A DNA stretch of 64,000 nt from Octopus sinensis (Eukaryota). Where the stretch lies: contig NC_042997.1 of assembly GCF_006345805.1 (NCBI RefSeq), forward strand, positions 152,148,001-152,212,000, given 5' to 3'. Below, in pieces: positions 49,545 to 64,000 of this stretch. The notes under the pieces were generated by a model. The model was not told the DNA's origin, did not search any database, and saw only the letters and a list, made by a program, of their open reading frames with translations. The position numbers were made by a program, and so were the translations under genes. How positions within the stretch are numbered: position 1 is the stretch's first letter; every line of letters starts with the position of its first letter.

Positions 49545-49853
49545 CTGTGAAATAGTGCCATCATAGAGGTCAGCTACCTTGCATATATGAATATCTCTTT
49601 GAAAATCAAAGAAAAAGAGGATATCTATGGACAACTGCTTCGAAACCTCCAGCTTCTATATCTAGACTATGAATTCATATTCATACCATTAATAATTGGA
49701 GCACTAGGTATTGTTAGTAAATGCTTGAAGGAGAATCTGGATAAACTGGGATTTTCAGAAACAGATATTAACCTCCTAATTCGTACATTACAAGTGCAAT
49801 CTGTGAGAGGAACAGTAAAAATATGCAAGACTTTTCTCAAGTTTCAAATATGA
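49545..49853 (+). mobile_element. R4/Dong-type RLE retrotransposon C-terminal fragment
   Basis: CAIIEVSY..NISLKIKEKEDIYGQLLRNLQ...FIPLIIGALG...GTVKICKTFL. Confidence 0.75.
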
Positions 49854-50062
49854 ATTTATCTGTGTTAACTACATCCCAAAGATGGAGCCTTGTATCTTTA
49901 TTGGAAACCGGCTCCCTCCTTAGTGGAAGATATATAATAATTAAAAAATAGAAGAAACATACAAACATACACACAGACACACACACATACACACATACAT
50001 ATAAAGTTAAAATCATTAATAAAATGTAGTATAGTTCTGTATTTTAGAGATGAGAAATTATG

Positions 50063-50459
50063 TACATTATTTACATTTCACGGATATTTGTTCTCATCTT
50101 GCTTCTAGTTAACACAACATTTCGACTGATATACTCACCAGCCTTCATCAGATGTCTTGGGGAAATTTCGATCCTGAGTTCTCATTCGTAAGGTATTTTT
50201 CGATGTTATTATTATTATTATTGTTGTTGTAGTAGTAGTTGTTGTTGTTGTTGTTGTTGTTGTTATTGTTGTTGTTGTTGTTATTATTATTATTGCCTTT
50301 GCCCAGCTTCTAACGCTGGATATGTACTACAGTGTCAGCTGTTCACTACCATTGAACTAAGGTAAGACCTTTTATTTTTCGAGCACCTTCCGGAGTATTC
50401 GAGCGGTTCACAGCAGTGAACGGTTCCAAGCAGTGATCGTTTCCAAGCAGTAATTATTA

Positions 50460-50529
<70 letters not shown>

Positions 50530-50545
50530 CATCATTATTATTATG

Positions 50546-50600
<55 letters not shown>

Positions 50601-50776
50601 TATATTATTAATATTATTATTATTATTATTATAACATCGAAAAATATCTTAGGAATGAGAACCCAGATTCGAAATTTCCGCAAGATACCTGACGAAGGCT
50701 GGAGGGTATATCAATTCAAACGTTGTGTTAACAACAAGCAAGATGAGGACAAATATCCGTCGAATGTAAATAATGT
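50063..50776. mobile_element. Pair of oppositely oriented ~145-bp hammerhead-bearing repeats around (ATT)n tracts
   Basis: Arms 50063-50208 and 50631-50776 are diverged reverse complements. Left arm minus 50111-50156: GACAU-CUGAUGA-A-GGCUG..CAGUC-GAAAUGU-U-GUGUU. Right arm: CUGACGA at 50689. Confidence 0.75.
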
Positions 50777-51445
50777 AAATAATGAATAAAATTTAGATTT
50801 GAAATTTAAAATTGAGCATCTAAACTCTATTCTGGGTATGTCCCTAGTATTGTGCCAGTAGAGCACGTTCTCTTCTTATGGCTACCTGGTGTCATCCGCT
50901 GTAAACACATATTCGTCGCTGGATTTAAGCTAGGAATTCTTCAGTGCACATTGGGATTTGATATGTGCCAAATACTCGTTAAGTATCATGACCTGAACAA
51001 CATCAAATTCCAGATCATATGGTCACGCTTGGCAGGCATGACCAACCATCAAAGGATTCGACACTTTGTAGTGCGTTTTATTTGAAAGCCATTCTGTCTA
51101 TGTTTTCCTTTATTTCTTTATTCTTTGTATTATATTTTTTTTTTTTATATCAACGACTTCCTGTCTGTATTCCCAACCGAGCAAGCCATATCACATTCAG
51201 TAGTCATTCTTCATTCACTGTCAATGTATTTGAGACGCGACTACTACCAACATGATCTAGCAAAACGTCACTCATTTAACTTTGAATGGTGTTATTTCAT
51301 CTGAAGAGGCACAGCTGTACCGTGCTGTGCATTGGAATTCATTATATTGTTTCCAACCCACAAGGGAGCGCTGCAGAAAGTGCCAGACGATCGTTGTGAT
51401 AAATAAAGTTTCCAGTATACTCAATCTTCCGTATCATTAAGTATA

Positions 51446-51485
<40 letters not shown>

Positions 51486-51487
51486 GT

Positions 51488-51790
51488 GAGGCGCAATCGC
51501 CCGGTGGTGAGGGCAGCGGACTCACGGTCGGAGGGTCGTGGTTTCGATTCCCAGACCGGGCGTTGTATGTGTTTATTGAGCGAGAACATCTGAAAGCTCC
51601 ACGAGGCTCCGGCAGGGTGGGGGCGACCTCTGTTGTACTCTTTCGCCACAACTTTCTCTCACTCTCTCTTCCTGTTTCTTGGGTAACGCTGCGATGGACT
51701 GGCGTTCCATCCAGCTGGGGGGGAACACATACACCACAGGAACCGGGAAACCGGGCCCATGAACCTGGTTAGGCTTGAAAAGGGTGACGT
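51488..51790 (+). mobile_element. tRNA-derived SINE family D with V-domain-like motif
   Basis: A-box-like tcgcccggtgg and B-box ggtttcgattcc. The motif ctgcgatggactggcg..ccatccag resembles the V-SINE conserved block as I recall it. Confidence 0.65.
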
Positions 51791-52414
51791 TTATCGTTTT
51801 TATATATATACATACATGTATGTATCTCTCTTCCGTTGCTTCTCTTTCTTTTCTTTTCTCTCTTCTCTGTCACGTGACTGCTGGCCGAAATCTGCCTTTC
51901 AGCTTCTGACCAGCGTCGTGTTAACATCGTTGTTTTTCGTCCGCCGATATAGGCATCGCCGATAAGGCTCCTTTCCTTGCGCCAGAGAAAAAATTTGTTT
52001 GCTTGTTATCAGTCGTAAGACACTTGTTGTTGTTTTCACCGTTAATGCTTCTGTATTTCATGTTTCTGTATTCCATTATTTTTTTGTTTTTCTTTTATAT
52101 TCGTCCCTTTTGCTGTCCTGGTGTCCGTATGCATTCGATCCTTCTTCCAGGAAATCTACGCTCCCAGCTTAGTTTTTCTAATGCTCGTTGCTTAGTTTTT
52201 CTGGAGGGCTGGCCGTGATCTAGTAATCTCAAGATTAATCAGCCGAAATTACTACGATGATCCGGTCTTGACTGAAGACTGAGGGTTTCGAATGTCCTGT
52301 CCGTGTTATTGTATCGTCTTTAAGAGTTATACGTTCTTGTCCATGTTGTATTTTTCTACATATATATATATAATATATATATATATATAATATATATATA
52401 TATATAGATATATA

Positions 52415-52466
<52 letters not shown>

Positions 52467-52469
<3 letters not shown>

Positions 52470-53900
52470 AATGCTATATATAACATACACAGCAATATAC
52501 AATTACTATGGAACACAACAGTACGCAACTCCCTTTTCTAGACATTCTAATTAGAATAGTTAACAACCACATAGAAAACAGACATCTTTTATTAAACCCA
52601 CAGATTCTAAACAATACCTATATTTAACTCCTGCCACCCCAAACACATAAAAATGAACATACCCTTTAACCTAGCAAAAAGAATCTGCACCATAGTTTCC
52701 GATACATACACTCGAGAACATAGACTCCTGGAACTTAGATCTACACTAACTAAAAGACATTACCCAATCTCATTAGTAAATGAAGGCATCAAAAGAGCTA
52801 AGGAAATAGATATACAAATGTTAAAGAAAACTAACCGAAATACTAAACAAGACTTAAAAATACTCCCGTACATTTCCATACATAACCCCAGAAACAACGA
52901 AGCCTTCAACATCATAACCCAAAACCTTCCCATCCTCGCAGCAGACAAAACAATGAACGAAATTTTAAGTACATATAAAATTATAAAAAGCAAAAAGCAA
53001 CCGAAGTCACTGAAAAAAATATTAACCAGCGCTAGACTGTATCTACAAACAACAGAGCCAAAAGTGACAAAATGTGCACGTTCTAATTGTGGAACATGCC
53101 CCCACCTTCTGGAGGGTTCAGAATTCCAATTCAAACAAGGAGAAATATTTAAGATCAAATCAAATTTCACCTGTGCCTCAGCAAATGTAATGTATGTCAT
53201 GACGTGCATAGGATGTGGTAAACTCTACATTGGACAAACAGGAATTTCGCCCCGTCAAAGAATCCCCATTCACAAAAGCCAATCCGCCACCCACAATACA
53301 GACAGTTAAAGGTGAGTGAACACATAGAAAGGTGTGCCAGGAATCTTAATCCCAATTTCCAAATATTTCCCTTTTACCAATGTTCACAGAACACCACAAT
53401 GCAACAAAGGTTGAATAAAGAGGCATTTTTCATCAATAAATTTCTCCCCCAACTAAATATGAACACACAACTCAATACAGAACACCACTAACCCCTATAC
53501 ACTTCCTACACCACTCACATCTCTAAATCCAGAACTACTTACCTCCCTTACAAATAATCCTGAACTACTTACCTCCCTTACAAATAATCTTTTTTCTCAG
53601 GAACTATTAGACCCGACACTGTGTATCAGCCGGTGTTTTTCAAACGATGAATAGCTTTGCGTAAACCATGGTCCGTTTTGTTCTCTTACTTTATTATAAT
53701 CTTATAATCACCTCATAATAATGACTTCTATGACTCGTATTATTACCTCAGTCAATCTAAATGTATATATTTGTCGTTACCTGTCATTAATAGCCTTTTT
53801 TTTTGCAATATGCATTTTCGTTGATTTTTCATATTTTACCCTTACATTTCCACGTGTATATTATATATTTTCTTTTTGTAACATATTTCTACTATACATA
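52467..53900 (+). mobile_element. Neptune-like PLE, 5'-truncated in RT, with GIY-YIG and 3' non-coding tail
   Basis: NIQ.TMEHN..PFLDI, KPTDSKQYL, IPFNLAKRICTIVSD, CARSNCGTC, FTCASANVMYVMTCIGCGKLYIGQT; after a frameshift SEHIERC...FFINKFLPQLN. It starts at a (TA)n tract. Confidence 0.93.
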
Positions 53901-54449
53901 CATGTATATATATATATATGTATGTATGTATGTATGTATAGTAGAAATATATGCATATATGTATGTATGAGTGTATGTATGTGTGGGTGTAGGCGTCGCT
54001 AGCGGTGAGGATGCTAGACTCACGATCGCGAGTACGTGATTTCGGTATCCGGGCCGAGTTGCGCAGCGTATTCATGAGCAAAACGCTTCATCTCACGGTA
54101 CCCTGCGGTGACATTGACATGTGCCGTGTGGCACATCGTTCACAGGTAGAATTCATGTTGAATTGGAGAGAATAAGATGATGTGCAGCAAAATTATTTGT
54201 TCTGTAAAACAAATCATCTGTGTAGCCTATTCAGCAATGTTTTTGAACCCTCATCTGCAGTCTGCAAGAGAACCAGTACACACATACACATCTATATATA
54301 CAAATTAATACATACATACACGAACACACACTTGCACACGCGCACACACACATACACAACAAACATACACACATAGATAGGTAGATTGGTAGATAGACAG
54401 ATAGGTATACACACACACACACAACACACACACACACACATATATATAT

Positions 54450-54545
<96 letters not shown>

Positions 54546-54564
54546 ATAACATATATAAACATAT

Positions 54565-54960
54565 ACACTTTTTCTCATCATTTTATGCAGCTATGAAGAT
54601 CTCGTCTGCAGAGGTCAGCAGGTTGCGTCTGGAGACCAGACTTTATCTCGGAAATAACTTCTTAGTCATCAGAAAAGAGCTTCCCTTTCAAAAAAAGACT
54701 CCATTGTTAGAAAGAAGTGGAAGTCAGATGGTTCGAGGTCAGGAGAATAAGGAGATGAGGCAGGATTTCATAGCCGCAGGAGTGTGGTTTCATCTGGGCA
54801 ACATGCGCACTGTAAACTGGGGGACTGCCTTGGAGGAGGCGGATTCCTTTGGTCAACATGCTATGCCTCTCTCCTTTGATGGCGTCCCCCAATTTCTGCA
54901 GCAACAATATTAATATTTCTGATATAAATTCGCATCGTATTCGTTTCCATAGTTGTAATT
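54565..54960 (-). pseudogene. Mariner transposase 3' fragment related to the 30.8-kb element
   Basis: LLQKLGDAIKGER..MLTKGIRLLQ, CGYEILPH.PYSPDLEPSDFHF. Confidence 0.8.
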
Positions 54961-55024
54961 CTGAGACTAGAAACTGTTTATCAGTGTAAAATTACTTCCG
55001 GTTCTGATGTCTATTTTTTTTATA

Positions 55025-55323
55025 TATAGGTAGCTTATCGTCTCAGTTGCCGAAAAGAATATCTATTCTACATTTAGACATATCAATAAACGCAACAATA
55101 CTGGGCTTAGGAAATTAATTTGGTCTCTAATAAACAATTCGGTTTGGAATGGAAAAGTCTATCTAGATCCTTCTAATATGACAAAGGTAAATCTTTTTGT
55201 CAGCTCTGTAACGAAAAGCAATTTCCCATCCTTTTCTTTGAGAATACACTTGTAAACACGTTTAAAGAACGCGTTTTTCGTTGTAAACATTGGCAAAAAC
55301 ATACCTTTAGTTCTTATAAGTAA
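55025..55323 (+). pseudogene. C-terminal endonuclease fragment of a second Hydra-like PLE
   Basis: RNNTGLRKLIWSL...CQLCNEK..IL...LVNTFKE..FRCKHWQKHTF parallels SLSKRI*ELK...CQLCCVE...LINKRSE...CIH at 11.2-11.5 kb. It starts at a TA run. Confidence 0.7.
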
Positions 55324-55924
55324 TTTCTACCAATCTATAAAATTCGACCTTTAACTATCTTCTTACATTTCATTTCCACTACATATATCTATTTCCATAT
55401 TTTAACTTAATTCCCATTCATCTATCACACTATATTTTTCCACTCGTAATTTTCTGCTAATTTCTTTCTTTCACCTCCTCTTTCTTTAAATTATCTTTGA
55501 AATCTATTAACGATTTTTTAAAAAAATTATTTGCCAGCGTTCCCTTTACATCATATACGCGGTAATCACATTTGGTTAAAATGACTTATTGATGTGTTTT
55601 TTTTCCCCCAAACGGGATGATTGCGTTGTTTTACATCATTTTTATCCCGTCCGGAATAATTTCAATCCTTTTTTCGAAACATAGGTTGGAAGTATACATG
55701 ATTTGAATAACACTTGCGTTTGACTCCGTTTCTTATTTTATCCATGTTATACAAATTTATATTTCACTTAACCATGGAAATTTTACCTTTATAAGTTGGT
55801 TGTGATATCCTTGGCACTTATGTAAATTTTTGCTACCCTGGTAACTATTTATCTATTTTTCCTTGTTATTTGTACACATTGAAAAATTACACAAACATAT
55901 ATATATATGTATATGTATATATAT

Positions 55925-56096
55925 AGGCGCAAGCGTGGCTGTGTGGTAAGAAGTTTGCTTCCTATCCACATGGTCCCGAGTTCACTCTCTCTGCGGGGCA
56001 CCTTGTGCAAGTGCCTTCTATTATAGCGGCGGACCGACCAAAGCCTCGTGAGTGGATTTGGCAGATCAAAACTGAAAGAAACCCGGCGTATATATA

Positions 56097-56140
<44 letters not shown>

Positions 56141-56375
56141 TATGTGTGTCTTCTGTCTGTCTGTGTCTGCGTTTGTCCAGCCATCTTCACTTGACAACCA
56201 ATATTGGCCTGTTTACTTCACTGTAACCTAGAGATTCGGCGAAACAAAGCGATAGAATAAGTACTAGGCTTATACAGAAAATGTCCTAGGGTCGATTTCT
56301 TCGACTAGAAAATCCTTAACTCAGTGCTCCAGCATGGCCGCAGTCAAATGACTGAAACAAGTAAAAGAATAAAAC
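55925..56375 (+). mobile_element. SINE family A copy
   Basis: Full head-body-(TG)n-tail match. Confidence 0.88.
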
Positions 56376-56479
56376 AATATATATGTTTGTGGGCATTCAC
56401 TTGCATATATACAGTCATACATCCATCCATCCGTGGAAATATACGTACATTCAACTGCATGTATACATATCAATATACC

Positions 56480-61560
<5,081 letters not shown>

Positions 61561-63039
61561 TCTATTTGTTATAGAATCCAGGCCAAAGAGTTGCATGGAG
61601 ATATATGTAGAAAGCAAAACAACGCATGAGAGATTCTTTTTAGAAAATATTTTGTGATACCATCACGCGTTCATTGACATAAAGTTATTATTATTAGTTA
61701 CTTAATGCCAAGTTTATAATAAAGACAAACTTTTGCTTGTAATATTATTGGATCGATAAGATAACTGGAATCATCATCGTTCGAATGGCTCTATCTTCAT
61801 GTCGTTAGCTGTCTCCACCGCAGTGAATCTTTTCCTCTTTTCAATCCAACAGTGTTATGTATAAAGGTATAAATCCGAGCGATAAAATAATCCTATGCAG
61901 AGTATATAAATGCATAAGGTCAAGAAGTATGAGAGGTGAATATAGATTTATGTAACCATGTGACTTCATTGGAGAAGGTTGCGAAACGGCCGTAATACTA
62001 TGCAAATCACGTGGTTAATATATATTCACCTTTCATATCTTCCGACTTCGTGCTTTTATTAACTCCTCACAGAATAATTTAATCACTCGGATTTTCTGGA
62101 TTTTTAGTCAGATAAACCCTTTACATTTCACTACTTTGTAACTATGTGGACTGATAGCCGAGTCCGTACGAGGAGTTTATTGTGATAGCCGCACGAATCT
62201 CTGAAGCCTTATCTTATAATATTATTTATAATTGACCATTTCGTTTATTTGGTCAATATTGCTCGTTTTAAGTACCATTCCTTCCGGATATATGCAACTA
62301 CTCTATATTGTGTGACTAAACATGTAACTGTTCTTAGTTCAACAACAGCTGACGAGGCTAACGTTCACCGAAATCTATAGAAGGCCTACATGCTAATTCG
62401 TGGTAAATATTCTGTTATTTCTGTATATGATTTATATGAAGTTCATTCCTGTTTGTTTAATTCACATAGACGTAACCTCATTGCGCCAACCACTTTATTT
62501 TTCGATATACAGTCCTAGTGATTAAATATTTCGCTTAAGTAAACTAATAATTTACTGTATATGTTCTTATGCACCTGTACGTATTTTTCTTAAAATCACG
62601 CTTTAAATATAGTGTACTCGAGAGCAATTGAGAGTATGTGTGTCTGTATTTGTTCAAGTGTCTACGTCTGTGTCTCCTCATATATGTGTGTTTACACAGT
62701 GTACTTCGTTAAGTTATTGTCTAAAAGTATTGTCTAAAAATATTGAATACCATTTGCTTAGTTTCTTGTCAACCAATGAAATAGCATATTTTCCCAAAGA
62801 ATTATGTTAGAGTTTTAAGTAAATATAAACAATATTAACAGCGAATAAATTTGGAATGGAGAAGTGGAGAAATTGATTGTGAAGGTTGACTAATAAGGTA
62901 TGAAAACAGAAAGAATTTTAAATTTGATTTCTGTAACAATGCCAATGGAAATTTGAAATGGCTAAATGAATAAATAAAAGTACACTAACATCGTTTTGCT
63001 GATTTTAATAAAATACTACGAGAAGCAAGACAGAATATA

Positions 63040-63320
63040 CGTATATCCTGGTTTAATAAATATGCTATAATGTATTCCATTTCAAAGGTGGTTCTTCAAA
63101 CTATCGACCCTACGCTCTTATTTCCAGCATACTAAAGGCAATGAGAAATGTCATTAATGATCCTTTTATCCACAACATTGAATGCCTTTTACTCCACAGA
63201 AGCCACATTAGATGAGCCAGATTAACATGAAACCAGTAGTCTCTCGGATTTGCAAATTTCTACGAAATCAATGTCAAAGAATTCTATCATGTTTGTGCGA
63301 GAATCTCCCAGCTAAAGTAT
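63040..63320 (+). mobile_element. Possible decayed CR1/Jockey-type RT N-terminal fragment
   Basis: FKGGSSNYRPYALISSILKAMRNVIN resembles the NYRPISL motif. Confidence 0.4.
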
Positions 63321-63388
63321 TTTGCCAATATACTACTTTATCCCATTCTCATATCTAGGATTGGAATTATATGTGGCTTATACATATT

Positions 63389-63460
<72 letters not shown>

Positions 63461-63469
63461 ATATATATT

Positions 63470-63690
63470 CACATTCAAAATGTAACCGGCGGTGTACCGT
63501 TGGCGATTTTTTTCCTCCGTCTTCCCTTCTTTGGATCTTTTTTTCCTATGTTCTGACGAAGAGCTCCGCTCGAAACGTTAAACCTCGTTGTTTCTTCTTT
63601 CCTTCTTTCCTGAGTGTCCAATAACATTATACTTGTTCCACGTCCTCACCTGTGTTGTGTTTTCTCTGTGTTTCATATTTGGATTAACTT
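63470..63690 (+). mobile_element. Short hammerhead-bearing repeat (copy 3 of 3; intact core)
   Basis: 63553-63580 reads CUGACGA-A-GAGC-UCC-GCUC-GAAACGU-UA. Flanked by (TA)n. Confidence 0.8.
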
Positions 63691-63710
63691 TATGTATATA
63701 TATATATTAT

Positions 63711-63756
<46 letters not shown>

Positions 63757-63761
63757 GAGAG

Positions 63762-63797
<36 letters not shown>

Positions 63798-64000
63798 TAG
63801 CTGTTATTTGTAACAGTGTTGAACTGTTTCGCATTATTTCTAGAAAACTAAATTGTGTACGTGCTTAATCTGTATAGCTGAATTGGTTGCACTGTTTTAA
63901 AGTAATCAAATGTCCATAAAGTACAATTCAACCTGATTGTAGTTACTTCTACCTTCAACACAGGTCGTGATAACATCTATTGTAAAATTTTAATTAAAAT

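Noticed and set aside
62348-62385. CTGACGAGG...CCGAAA hammerhead-like string
   Set aside because: Only a 2-bp stem II and no valid stem III/UH; expected by chance.

Overview
Gene-poor, microsatellite-dense animal genomic DNA. The SINE families and repeat landscape suggest a coleoid cephalopod such as Octopus (inference, no search run). I found no host protein-coding gene that I can support; most ORFs in the track are translations of simple repeats. The window is a layered transposon field. It holds (1) a CR1/Jockey-group LINE (1-3290, minus) whose ORF1 appears to combine a Myb/SANT-like trihelix N-terminus, poly-Q and two CCCH zinc fingers; (2) at least five Penelope-like element (PLE) pieces of about three types, including a 5 kb insertion with ~1.2 kb near-identical inverted arms that each carry a hammerhead ribozyme, and one copy with a base-precise 5' inversion; (3) about ten hammerhead cores, several in short non-coding PLE-type elements; (4) a nearly intact 1291-bp mariner with perfect 33-bp TIRs, plus decayed mariner and Tc1 copies and MITEs; (5) R4-type and RTE LINE relics; and (6) at least four tRNA-derived SINE families, one forming head-less 184-bp tandem multimers. 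A few splice-site-bounded segments on the minus strand may be exons of a large host gene, but they are unproven.
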